Shown: positions 1 to 9,256 of the stretch, one piece after another | How positions within the stretch are numbered: position 1 is the stretch's first letter | Layout of the letters: each line of letters starts with the position of its first letter | NCBI GenBank assembly: GCA_945829425.1 | Contig: CALZUQ010000007.1 | Location: 2,077 to 66,076 of the forward strand | Length of the DNA: 64,000 nucleotides | Reading direction: 5' to 3' | Source: an uncultured bacterium | GTDB taxonomy: Bacteria > Bacteroidota > Bacteroidia > Bacteroidales > Bacteroidaceae | Notes under the pieces: generated by a model | What the model was told of the DNA's origin: nothing | Databases searched by the model: none | What the model saw: only the letters and a program-made list of their open reading frames with translations | Position numbers and translations under genes: made by a program

Positions 1-9
1 AAAGCCTTA

Positions 10-390
10 TTACTTCTTAGCCTTTGGACGCTTAGCACCGTACTTTGAACGACGCTGTGTTCTGTTTGCCACACCTGCGGTATCAAGTGTTCCACGAACG
101 ATGTGATAACGTACACCTGGGAGGTCCTTGACACGACCGCCACGAACAAGCACGATAGAGTGCTCCTGAAGGTTGTGGCCCTCTCCTGGGATGTAAGAGT
201 TCACCTCTTTCTGGTTTGTCAAACGTACACGGGCAACTTTACGCATTGCCGAATTAGGCTTCTTAGGTGTTGTTGTGTAAACGCGGACGCAAACGCCACG
301 ACGCTGAGGACAAGCCTCCAGCGCAGGTGACTTGCTCTTGTCTGCGAGCACCTGTCTGCCTTTTCTAACTAACTGTTGAATTGTAGGCAT
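10..390 (-). CDS. rpsL: 30S ribosomal protein S12
   Basis: [11 protein letters not shown] start (ATG at 390, not the ORF-track 444); [22 protein letters not shown] and GVRYHIVRG motifs. Confidence 0.99.
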   Translation of the reverse strand: MPTIQQLVRKGRQVLADKSKSPALEACPQRRGVCVRVYTTTPKKPNSAMRKVARVRLTNQKEVNSYIPGEGHNLQEHSIVLVRGGRVKDLPGVRYHIVRGTLDTAGVANRTQRRSKYGAKRPKAKK

Positions 391-471
391 AATTGTAATT
401 TTTTGATTTATATATTGTTTTTGCTTATATACACAACTATTCAAGGCTGTTTTTCAAGCCATTTCGGGTTG

Positions 472-479
472 CAAAGGTA
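472..479 (-). promoter_or_regulatory. Bacteroidetes -7 promoter element for rpsL
   Basis: TACCTTTG (TAnnTTTG consensus) on the minus strand ~80 nt upstream of the ATG; no clear -33 TTTG. Confidence 0.65.
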
Positions 480-727
480 CTATATTTTTTGAAATTAACC
501 TAATTATATAAGTTGCAACAAGTTGATAGAATATAACATTTAATAAAAAATAACTTATTACAATATATATTAGCAGTAATATTTTCGTTTCGCCTAAAAA
601 AATCACGACCTGCACGAAAAAAAACTAACGGAAGAAGGGGCACAAACACCATAGCCAAAGACTGAGTGGTTTTGGGATTTCAGCCTGATCGTGGAAAAAC
701 CGTACGGATCGGAAAAGACGGGAGGCG

Positions 728-1057
728 TCAAGCCTCACCGCCGTTGTTGTTGCCGAAAGGAGCTATCGTACGGCCACCGGCTCCCGGAAGCTGTATCTTG
801 CCGAACTGCTTCTCGTAGCGCATGATATTCTCCTGAAGGGCGTGGAGAAGGCGAACAGCGCTCTCAGGGGCTACAATGACGCGAGAATTGACGTTCGCCT
901 TCGGCATTCCGGGAAGAATAGTGGCGAAGTCAAGGGTAAACTCCGTACTTGAATGGCTTATGACTGCAAAGTTTGAGTATACGCCGTTTGCCACCTCTGG
1001 TTTTAGCTCAAGCTGCATCTGCTTGTTCATCGGGTTGTTGTTCTGGTTGTTGTCCAT
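728..1057 (-). CDS. DUF3467-like small protein
   Basis: GVYSNFAVISHSSTEFTLDF...PKANVNSRVIVAP pattern; 109 aa. Confidence 0.85.
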   Translation of the reverse strand: MDNNQNNNPMNKQMQLELKPEVANGVYSNFAVISHSSTEFTLDFATILPGMPKANVNSRVIVAPESAVRLLHALQENIMRYEKQFGKIQLPGAGGRTIAPFGNNNGGEA

Positions 1058-1244
1058 TTTTCTGTCTGTTTTTATTTTCCGGTTTCTGAATATACACCTA
1101 TTTAAATATATTACGCATGTCCTTTTAAACAGCCCTTCAGGTCATGAGTCAGGAGGACAAGTCTCCCTGCGTCAAGACAACACTGTTTTTGTGTTGACAC
1201 ACAATGACGCCACGCTATGGGCTGTTTTTCTGTCAATTGCTCTG

Positions 1245-1276
1245 CAAAGATAGTTATTTTTCTTTTCACACACAAG
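1245..1276 (-). promoter_or_regulatory. Promoter for the DUF3467-like gene
   Basis: CTTG-N20-TATCTTTG on the minus strand. Confidence 0.6.
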
Positions 1277-1312
1277 AAAAACGTCTCTCTTTTTTGCTTT
1301 TTTCAGCCGACG

Positions 1313-2932
1313 TCAGAACGGACAGGGTGAAGACAACGTCATCACCTCACTGGACTTCGGGTGGACGAACGTCATTCTCGCTGCATGAAGAAGCATGCGG
1401 CTGTCGGGAGTGCCATACAACTCATCGCCGACGATTGGTGCGTTGAGACCTTCTCTGTGCGCACAATGCACTCTGAGCTGGTGTGTCCTTCCTGTCTTAG
1501 GCTGAAGCTCCAGGCGTGCCTTTGTAATGTCTGCGTCAAGAACAGTGTAATGAGTAACAGCTTCTTTACCTGTTTCTTTGTCAACCTTTTGCCTGGGACG
1601 GTTGAGGTAGTCAGGAGAGAGGGGGAGGACGACATCTCCTTCATCACCCGTGCGGAGCATACTCGCCTCACACGGCTGCCTTACAACAGCATAATAAACC
1701 TTATGCACCTCTCGGAGAGCGAAGGCACGTTGCATCTCGCGTTGTGTCTCAACGTCTTTTGCGAACAACAGTATGCCGGAGGTCTGCATGTCCAGACGGT
1801 GGACACACAGCATGGCAGCTCCTCCCCGCTCCTCTGACAGTATCTCCTGAGCCGAGAGCCGTCGGCCTTTGCCTGGCACGGACAGCATTCCCGACGGTTT
1901 GTCGACAGCGACAAGCCACGGGTCTTCATAAACCATGGTTATCGTGCCACGTTCCTCTCCATCGAGTGGGTTCGCCTCAACGTCCATGCCCTGAAGCATG
2001 AAGTCGAGGATGGGGCGGCACTTGCCCTGGCAGGCAGGATAGCACTCACCGTGATGGCGTATCTCGCCAGCAGGAGAACGTCCCCACCAGAACTCTGCCA
2101 TGCAGAGGGGCTCATAGCCGTGAAGAAAGGCATACTGCAGGAGTTTCGGGGCGCAACACTCTCCTGCTCCTGAGGGAGGGATGACGAGAGGGGTGTCAGC
2201 GAAGATGTCGCAAAGGTCTTTCTCTTCTCCCTTTACGTTGCGCACAACGAAATGGCGGAAAAGCCATGTCTGCAGAGCGTCGGACTTCTCCTTACGTTCC
2301 TTGCGGAGCGATGCCAGCTTTGTGTTCCATTCCGCAACAGCATGACGAAGAGGAAGGAGGGTCTCCTCGTGACGACGCTTCAAACGTCTCATCTCGGCCT
2401 TCATAAACTGGCTCTCACGGATAAGGGAGGATGCGTCGTGGCACTGCTGACGAAGAGCATCACGGCGTTCTTTGGCTGCCTGCATCTGTTTGCGGTATTC
2501 CTCCTCCTCTCTTCGGCATGACTCTTCCGCTTCTGAAAGACGCAGACATGCTACGCGGCTCTGTGGCGATGTCTCCAAGGCAAGGATCGTACTGTTGATT
2601 TCCGATATCTCTCTTTCGTGGACGGCGAAATATCCGTCGGGCTGGAGGTAGTCGAAGACTGGGGGAACCCACCCCTCCCATTCCGACTGAGAGAGAATCT
2701 GTCCGGAGAAAGCCTTCAAATAGCCTATGGCTCCTGACACGTCTCTCACCACAAGCACTCCGAACATTTTACCCCGGCATATCTCGTCACGCCATTCGTC
2801 CTTGGAAGCTATCTCGTCCTTGACGTGCGCCATGGCAGACACAGCGAGAGGATGGGCGACATAATAGTATGGGCAGTTGAACCGCTCAGGAGGTAAAATG
2901 CCATTAGCAAGAGGAGTAAAACAAGTGTACAT
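1313..2932 (-). CDS. RluA-family pseudouridine synthase with long N-terminal/coiled-coil extension
   Basis: VDKPSG, catalytic HRLD, TGRTHQLRVH, GDELYG, LLHA motifs in the C-terminal ~210 aa. Confidence 0.93.
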   Translation of the reverse strand: MYTCFTPLANGILPPERFNCPYYYVAHPLAVSAMAHVKDEIASKDEWRDEICRGKMFGVLVVRDVSGAIGYLKAFSGQILSQSEWEGWVPPVFDYLQPDGYFAVHEREISEINSTILALETSPQSRVACLRLSEAEESCRREEEEYRKQMQAAKERRDALRQQCHDASSLIRESQFMKAEMRRLKRRHEETLLPLRHAVAEWNTKLASLRKERKEKSDALQTWLFRHFVVRNVKGEEKDLCDIFADTPLVIPPSGAGECCAPKLLQYAFLHGYEPLCMAEFWWGRSPAGEIRHHGECYPACQGKCRPILDFMLQGMDVEANPLDGEERGTITMVYEDPWLVAVDKPSGMLSVPGKGRRLSAQEILSEERGGAAMLCVHRLDMQTSGILLFAKDVETQREMQRAFALREVHKVYYAVVRQPCEASMLRTGDEGDVVLPLSPDYLNRPRQKVDKETGKEAVTHYTVLDADITKARLELQPKTGRTHQLRVHCAHREGLNAPIVGDELYGTPDSRMLLHAARMTFVHPKSSEVMTLSSPCPF

Positions 2933-2960
2933 AATACAAATATAACATTGGATTTCTATG

Positions 2961-2968
2961 CAAAGGTA
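2961..2968 (-). promoter_or_regulatory. -7 element for the RluA gene
   Basis: TACCTTTG on the minus strand ~30 nt upstream of the ATG. Confidence 0.6.
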
Positions 2969-3092
2969 ATAAATTCCTTAATAAAAACACAGTATTAAGT
3001 TAAAAAAAGAAATACAGATAGATTTAAATCAACAATATACTAAATAATCGAAAATATCTACGGATTTTCTTGCAAGTGTCTAATTTTGTGAG

Positions 3093-3100
3093 TAACTTTG
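3093..3100 (+). promoter_or_regulatory. -7 element driving the candidate sRNA
   Basis: TAACTTTG, with CTTG at 3069-3072 (20-nt spacer). Confidence 0.7.
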
Positions 3101-3105
3101 CATCG

Positions 3106-3170
3106 TGTTTTTCATAGTATTAGATTTAAGGTTAACAAAGATTGGGACAGAGCGCTGTCCCATTTTTATT
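3106..3170 (+). ncRNA. Candidate ~65-nt sRNA (5' end approximate)
   Basis: Promoter immediately upstream. Terminator TGGGACAG-agcg-CTGTCCCA-TTTTT at 3143-3167. Core 3108-3135 is the reverse complement of TTAACCTTAAATCTAATACT-ATG-AAAAA. Confidence 0.7.
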
Positions 3171-3545
3171 TTAAATCGCCAGAAAAGACATTGTTGCCCA
3201 CAAAACTTGCCGTTTTCATGGTTATAATACTATTTTAACTTAAGTCGGGTTATTTTTCCACGGGTAAAAGGTCTGGAAATTACTGGTTGGCGTTATGTCA
3301 TTACTGAAGGCTGGCAGACAGACATAGCCTTTATGGCAAAAAAACATACGGGATAATGGAATACAACAACAAGTTTTTTTTGCAAAAATGGGGAATACGA
3401 CAACTTGTTTTTTAAAAAGGAAAGAAAGACTCAAGAAAACGGATACCAAGACGATTATATATATATTAAGGTATAAGAAAAAACATGCGCCAATCGACAA
3501 TTAAGTTTTATTAACGTGACACAATCTTTGAAAAATAACAAAAAG

Positions 3546-3577
3546 TTTGCAGGGAGCAATAAAAATGCGTACTTTTG
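3546..3577 (+). promoter_or_regulatory. susC promoter (-33/-7)
   Basis: TTTG-N20-TACTTTTG, full Bacteroidetes consensus, ~50 nt before the ATG. Confidence 0.8.
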
Positions 3578-3628
3578 TATTCGGAAAAACATATTTTAAT
3601 TTATTAACTAACCTAAATCAGTAACAAC

Positions 3629-6600
3629 ATGAGTTTTACTTTATCAGTAAAAAGGTTGTCCATGCTTGTGGTTTTCAGCATGTTCTACCTCTTGTCGTTC
3701 GCCCAGAGCGCTATCTCGGGAACAGTAGAAGATGGCAATGGCGAACCAATTGTTGGTGCCAGCGTACTTATTAAAGGAACGTCAGCAGGTACCGTTACTG
3801 ACATCAATGGTGCTTTCACTATACAGAAAGTTTCACCAAATGATGTTATAGTAGTTTCTTCTATAGGCTTTACTTCAAAGGATGTGAAGGTGGGCAGACA
3901 GTCTACGCTCAACATCGTGCTGAAGGAAGACATGGCAAACCTTGAGGAGGTTGTCGTTATCGGTTACGGCACCATGAAACGTAAAGACCTCACAGGATCC
4001 GTGGCTTCTGTAACGGGAGAGGCATTGCAGAAGAACCCGGTATCTACAATAGCTGAGGCGCTCCAGGGACAGCTGCCTGGCGTAAACGTGGTGTCACAGG
4101 ACGGACGCCCGGGGGCTACAATGTCTATACGTGTACGAGGAGGAGGGTCTATCACACAGTCCAACGACCCGCTCTACATCGTTGACGGAATGCCGGTGTC
4201 ACGTATCGACGATATCCCTGCCGACAACATCGAAAGCATCGACGTGCTGAAAGATGCTGCTTCAACAGCTATTTACGGTGCGCGAGGAGCTAACGGCGTT
4301 ATACTCATCACTACGAAAGGTGCAAAGGAGGGTAAGGCGCTCGTGAAGTATAACATGTACTACCAGATGCGTCCGGCACCTGAGCAGCTCGACGTGCAGA
4401 ATGCTTATGACCATGTGCTGCACAACTGGGGATATGCCACAGCATACGGTGCTACGTATGGCGAAGGTGTGGCAAAATACTATGGCCTCGGATCAAAGTA
4501 CGGCAACCACATAAACGAATACAAGAATGTGGGCGTACACAACTGGATGGACGACGTGCTCTCAAGCGGAAGCATGTGGAATAACGATCTGTCGGTAAGC
4601 GGTGGTACAAACCGTACGAAGTATTACGCTTCGGTAAACTACTCGAACATTGACGGAAGCCTCATCAACTCCGGATTCCGCCGTTGGAACATCAACTTCA
4701 AGCTCCAGCAGGAAATAACAAACAGCCTCACACTTGACCTCAACGCACGCTACACAGAAATGCGCTTCGAGGGAAACCGCTACGACTTCGCGACAGGAGC
4801 ATACCGTTACAAGCCTATCGACAAGCCGTTCGGTTCGGACGACCCTACAGACCTCGGAATGGGTTCGGCATCTGCAGAAGATGCTTACAACCCGGTAAAG
4901 AGTGTGGAGGACGTGAACAACATTCGTGACGTATACCGACTCAACCTCAACACGGGACTCACATGGAAGGTGATAAAAGGACTTACGGCAAAGACGGAAC
5001 TCCTCGCGGCACGCAACTGGTCGAAAACGCAGACATACGACGGAGGACACACAAACGGTGCAGGATACAGCACGGCTAAACTGACAAACGCTGACGGATA
5101 TAACCTTCGTTGGGACACAACACTCAGCTATGAGGTACAGGGACTCGGAGAGAACCACAGCCTCAACATCATGGCTGGTAACGAGGTGCTCTCAAGCAAG
5201 AGTAACAACGCCGTGATTTACGGCGTGGGATATCCTACAGAGTGGAACATGGAACAGGTATTCGGAAACATCAACTTCTCGGACAAGGACAAGGCGATGG
5301 ATTATGTTTCTACAAACATTGGAGTACCGTCACATACCGTATCATGGTTCGGACGAGTGAACTACACACTCCTTGGACGTTACCTCTTCACGGCTACAAT
5401 GCGTGCCGACGGTTCTTCTAAGTTCAGTAAGGGAAACCAGTGGGGATATTTCCCGGCTGCGGCAGTAGCATGGCGTCTCTCTGACGAACCGTTCATGGAG
5501 GGGACACGCTCTTGGCTCGACAACTTGAAGCTACGTCTCTCGTTCGGTACATCAGGTAACGATGGCATCGACGCTTCTTCGTTCTATACTACATGGACAT
5601 CAAGCACTGCGACAGTTAACGGACAGACCGTTACGACATACAAGCCAGGATCACTGCTCGGCAATCCCGACCTGACATGGGAGACAACAACGTCTCGCAA
5701 CATAGGTATAGACTACAGCTTCTTCAACGGAAAGCTCCACGGTGCTATCGACGCATACTGGAACTCAACCAAGGACTGTCTCATGCGTGTACCTATAGAC
5801 CCTACTGCCGGAGCAAGCTACTGGATGCAGAACGTGGCAAAGACATCTAACAAAGGTGTCGAGCTGACTCTCAACTACAACGCTGTACGAACAAAGGACT
5901 TCGACCTCAAAATCGGAGTGACATATAACTTCAACAAAAACAACGTCGACGACCTTACTGACGGAGTCCTCGCAAGCGCGCACACAGGTTGGGGTTCGAC
6001 ACTCAGCATTCCTTACTATGACTACATAGTAAAAGAAGGCGAGCCTGTAGGACTCATACAGGGCTTCAACAGCCTCGGATATTACACTGTCGATGACTTC
6101 AACGTTGTTGATGGCGTATGGACTCTGAAACCTGGAGTGCCTGACACAAAGGTTGGAAACTGGGCAGGAGGGTCGTACTACAACATACCTAAGGGACAGG
6201 TGGCATTCCCTGGTGTTGCGAAGTTTGAAAACACAGATGGCGACGGCACTGTGACAGCTGACGACGCTACAATAATCGGTCGTGCACAGGCTGAGCATAC
6301 TGGCGGATTCAACATCAACGCTCGTTACAAGAACATTGACTTCTCGGCAGGATTCACATACCAGATAGGCGGTAAGGTTTACAACGCTAACGTCATGCGA
6401 GACATGATGGGCGACAAGGACACATCGCTCGGCTACAACAGACTCGCAGAGGTCAGCGACTGCTGGCAGATGTTCAAGGTCGACGCTAACGGAGACCTCG
6501 CGGCAGTTACAGACCCTACAGAGCTCGCTGCTCTCAACACCGGTGCTAAATACGCACTCCCATACTCTGAGTATGGTATAGTAAGCTCGAAATTCGTGGA

Positions 6601-6868
6601 GGACGCTTCTTACCTCCGCCTGCAGACTCTCACCATAGGCTACACACTCCCAAAGTCTCTCATAAGAACAATTGGACTCTCTAACGTACGTGTGTACTTC
6701 ACTGGTGGTAACCTCTTCTGCCTAAAGGGATATTCTGGCATAGACCCAGACGTAAACGTCAGCCCTTCGGTAGACAGCAGCTATTCTGGCTTCCCAACAC
6801 CGAACTACGACTACCGCTCATATCCTAAGAGCCGTACATTCACCTTCGGTATCAATGTAGCATTCTAA
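3629..6868 (+). CDS. SusC/RagA TonB-dependent transporter
   Basis: Signal peptide, N-terminal CarboxypepD_reg-like domain, EEVVVIGYG, DAASTAIYGARGANGVILITTK, C-terminal ...FGINVAF. Confidence 0.98.
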   Translation: MSFTLSVKRLSMLVVFSMFYLLSFAQSAISGTVEDGNGEPIVGASVLIKGTSAGTVTDINGAFTIQKVSPNDVIVVSSIGFTSKDVKVGRQSTLNIVLKEDMANLEEVVVIGYGTMKRKDLTGSVASVTGEALQKNPVSTIAEALQGQLPGVNVVSQDGRPGATMSIRVRGGGSITQSNDPLYIVDGMPVSRIDDIPADNIESIDVLKDAASTAIYGARGANGVILITTKGAKEGKALVKYNMYYQMRPAPEQLDVQNAYDHVLHNWGYATAYGATYGEGVAKYYGLGSKYGNHINEYKNVGVHNWMDDVLSSGSMWNNDLSVSGGTNRTKYYASVNYSNIDGSLINSGFRRWNINFKLQQEITNSLTLDLNARYTEMRFEGNRYDFATGAYRYKPIDKPFGSDDPTDLGMGSASAEDAYNPVKSVEDVNNIRDVYRLNLNTGLTWKVIKGLTAKTELLAARNWSKTQTYDGGHTNGAGYSTAKLTNADGYNLRWDTTLSYEVQGLGENHSLNIMAGNEVLSSKSNNAVIYGVGYPTEWNMEQVFGNINFSDKDKAMDYVSTNIGVPSHTVSWFGRVNYTLLGRYLFTATMRADGSSKFSKGNQWGYFPAAAVAWRLSDEPFMEGTRSWLDNLKLRLSFGTSGNDGIDASSFYTTWTSSTATVNGQTVTTYKPGSLLGNPDLTWETTTSRNIGIDYSFFNGKLHGAIDAYWNSTKDCLMRVPIDPTAGASYWMQNVAKTSNKGVELTLNYNAVRTKDFDLKIGVTYNFNKNNVDDLTDGVLASAHTGWGSTLSIPYYDYIVKEGEPVGLIQGFNSLGYYTVDDFNVVDGVWTLKPGVPDTKVGNWAGGSYYNIPKGQVAFPGVAKFENTDGDGTVTADDATIIGRAQAEHTGGFNINARYKNIDFSAGFTYQIGGKVYNANVMRDMMGDKDTSLGYNRLAEVSDCWQMFKVDANGDLAAVTDPTELAALNTGAKYALPYSEYGIVSSKFVEDASYLRLQTLTIGYTLPKSLIRTIGLSNVRVYFTGGNLFCLKGYSGIDPDVNVSPSVDSSYSGFPTPNYDYRSYPKSRTFTFGINVAF

Positions 6869-6887
6869 ACAAAAAGGAGACAAAGAA

Positions 6888-8969
6888 ATGAAAAACAAGA
6901 TATTGAATATCGCACTCTACGGTGCGGCTATTATGGCCACAACATCATGTAGCGATTTCCTCGAGACAAAGTCGGTATCTACCGCCGACGGAGATTTCGT
7001 GTTCTCGAACATGGTAACCGCACGCGCTGCCATGGACGGCGCATACAGTGAGTGGCACGGGGCTGTCAGCGCACACATATACGGCGACGGACTCTTCTAC
7101 GCACTTGACATCGCCGGTTCAGACATAATGCGACATCCAGAGAAATACGCCAACCAGCTGCCACGACACCAACCCGAGACATTCTATGAGGGTGGAGCAG
7201 CAGCAGCGGCATATAACGCAGTGACTTACGGAAAAGAGGCTCCTAACAGTCCTTACGCAGTGCTGTTCTCTGTCGTGGGTAAGGCAAACGCCATAGCATC
7301 GGCTATAGAGAACATGGAAGGTTACGCTGAGATGATGGCTCAGGACAAACCGTCTAACCTCTCACAGCTCTACGGTGAGGCAATATGTCTACGAGCTACG
7401 GCTTACCGCGAACTGATAAAATACTACGGTGACGTGCCTTATCAGTCTGTCTTCGGTGTCGCTGCCGGAAATATTGTAGGACGTGACTCAATATATGATG
7501 TCCTCATTGACGACGTCAACAGAGTCGCTCCTCTTATGAACCCGGTAGGAAAAGACAACAAAAACTACTTCTCAAAGACATACGCATACGCTCTCGTAGG
7601 ACGTCTCGCTATAGAAGCGGCAGGATATCAGACACGACGTGGTGACATAAGCCGGACGGACGGAAAAGGAAACACACTGACCTTTGAGACGCTCGGAACA
7701 GAGAACAACGGTGCTTCCTATGGCCGACGTGCTGACTACCGCAGCCTATACGAAAAGGCAAAGACGGCATACAGCACATGTCTCGCAAACCTCGGAGCAT
7801 GTTCTTTCAGCGCAGATTACTGCACTCTCTTCGACGAGCTTCACGCAAGCGACAACGCATATACTACAGAGGCTATATATGAAGAGCCGTTCAGTCAGGG
7901 CGCATCAGGAAACGACCCACGATCTTACTCTCTCGGACGTCCTTCTTCAGGAGGTTCTTCAAAGGCATATCCTTGCAAGGCGTACGGACAGGGACGTATC
8001 AACCCGGCATTCTACTACGGTGTCTTCGACCCTAACGACGTACGTCGAGACATAAGCTGTGGAGTGACTGGCTCAACGGGAAAAGGCTTCGAGAAAGTGA
8101 TAAGCTTCACGCCGGGTTCAAAGGCTGACGCAGGTGGTATATCATGCAACAAGTTCGATGAGTGCCGACAGCCTACTGTATGGACTGCAAACCAGCGCCG
8201 ATCAGGTATCAACGCCGTGTACATGCGTCTCTCTGAGGTGTACCTCGGATATGCTGAGGCTTGTGCCATGACTGGCGACGAGGCTACTGCAAAGGAGTAT
8301 CTGGCGAAAATCAGAAACCGTGCATTCAACGGCAACGGAAATGTCGACGCATTCATAGCTGCCGAAGGCTCTCTCTTCAAGGCTATCATCGACGAGAGAG
8401 GATTTGAGTTTGCAGGAGAGGGTGACCGTCGCTGGACACTCATACGCTCAGGACTGCTCCCAGAGAAGATACGTGAGATAAAGGCTCTCACAGCAGACAT
8501 GATCAGCGGACTGAAAGCCAACGGATACTATACCTTCAAGAACGGCAACACCATCTCTAACGTCATATACACTAAAATGGTTGACCCGAAGAAGGAGTTC
8601 GGACTGAAGTCACGTCTCGTAGGAGCATGCACAGACAAGAGCAACCCTGTACTCTTCCCGGGATGGCGCGGACAGAAAGACTGGGAGGACGTAAGCGGAT
8701 TCACAGGATATGCTTCTAACAGCAAGTCAAACGTTGCTATCAAAGGGCTCTTCGAGAAGCTATCTGACGCAGAGATTGCTGCTCTGAAGGCTGACGGATA
8801 TGGCGAGCAGGCATGGGGCAGCGACATAGTAAAGAACGAGGCAGAGTATTCTGACTACCTCTTCTACGGTTATGACTATGTAAAAGCTCCTATCTATCTC
8901 TTCCCATTCTCTCCGAACGCTATAGCTACAGGTGGGTTCCTCAACGGATACGGCTTCGCCAACGAATAA
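6888..8969 (+). CDS. SusD/RagB lipoprotein
   Basis: Lipobox ATTSC-SDFL; GEAICLRATAYRELIKYYGDVP; IIDERGFEFAGEGDRRWTLIR; 19 nt after susC. Confidence 0.96.
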   Translation: MKNKILNIALYGAAIMATTSCSDFLETKSVSTADGDFVFSNMVTARAAMDGAYSEWHGAVSAHIYGDGLFYALDIAGSDIMRHPEKYANQLPRHQPETFYEGGAAAAAYNAVTYGKEAPNSPYAVLFSVVGKANAIASAIENMEGYAEMMAQDKPSNLSQLYGEAICLRATAYRELIKYYGDVPYQSVFGVAAGNIVGRDSIYDVLIDDVNRVAPLMNPVGKDNKNYFSKTYAYALVGRLAIEAAGYQTRRGDISRTDGKGNTLTFETLGTENNGASYGRRADYRSLYEKAKTAYSTCLANLGACSFSADYCTLFDELHASDNAYTTEAIYEEPFSQGASGNDPRSYSLGRPSSGGSSKAYPCKAYGQGRINPAFYYGVFDPNDVRRDISCGVTGSTGKGFEKVISFTPGSKADAGGISCNKFDECRQPTVWTANQRRSGINAVYMRLSEVYLGYAEACAMTGDEATAKEYLAKIRNRAFNGNGNVDAFIAAEGSLFKAIIDERGFEFAGEGDRRWTLIRSGLLPEKIREIKALTADMISGLKANGYYTFKNGNTISNVIYTKMVDPKKEFGLKSRLVGACTDKSNPVLFPGWRGQKDWEDVSGFTGYASNSKSNVAIKGLFEKLSDAEIAALKADGYGEQAWGSDIVKNEAEYSDYLFYGYDYVKAPIYLFPFSPNAIATGGFLNGYGFANE

Positions 8970-9061
8970 TATTCTTACAGAAACCAAAGCTTCACTGACG
9001 AAGAAATGGCTTCGTTGGCTGACGCTATGGGTAAAGAACAAACATTATAGCCTGGTAATTG

Positions 9062-9091
9062 CGGCGCATCCTTTTGGGTGCGCCGTTTTTC
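9062..9091 (+). terminator. Rho-independent terminator of susCD
   Basis: CGGCGCATCC-tttt-GGGTGCGCCG followed by a T-run. Confidence 0.85.
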
Positions 9092-9178
9092 ATGCAAGAA
9101 AAGAGACAGGCAGCAAAGGATATTACCGTCGCATATTCAATCAGAAAATGGCATAAGAATAAAAAAAACATAACAGGG

Positions 9179-9210
9179 TTTGGAGATATGGAGTAAAAAT
9201 AGTACCTTTG
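9179..9210 (+). promoter_or_regulatory. priA promoter
   Basis: TTTG-N20-TACCTTTG. Confidence 0.8.
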
Positions 9211-9256
9211 CCAAGTAAAAAAACAAAGGACGAGACATTAGTAAAGAAAAGAAGAG

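Noticed and set aside
3080-3115. Minus-strand 11-aa ORF MKNTMQSYSQN with a strong-looking start context
   Set aside because: Promoter and terminator are both oriented on the plus strand, which favours the sRNA reading; kept only as the alternative to test.
8970-9050. In-frame, protein-like sequence after the susD stop (YSYRNQSFTDEEMASLADAMGKEQTL*) as read-through or gene remnant
   Set aside because: About 26 stop-free codons are expected by chance roughly 30% of the time; SusD already ends plausibly and there is no other support.
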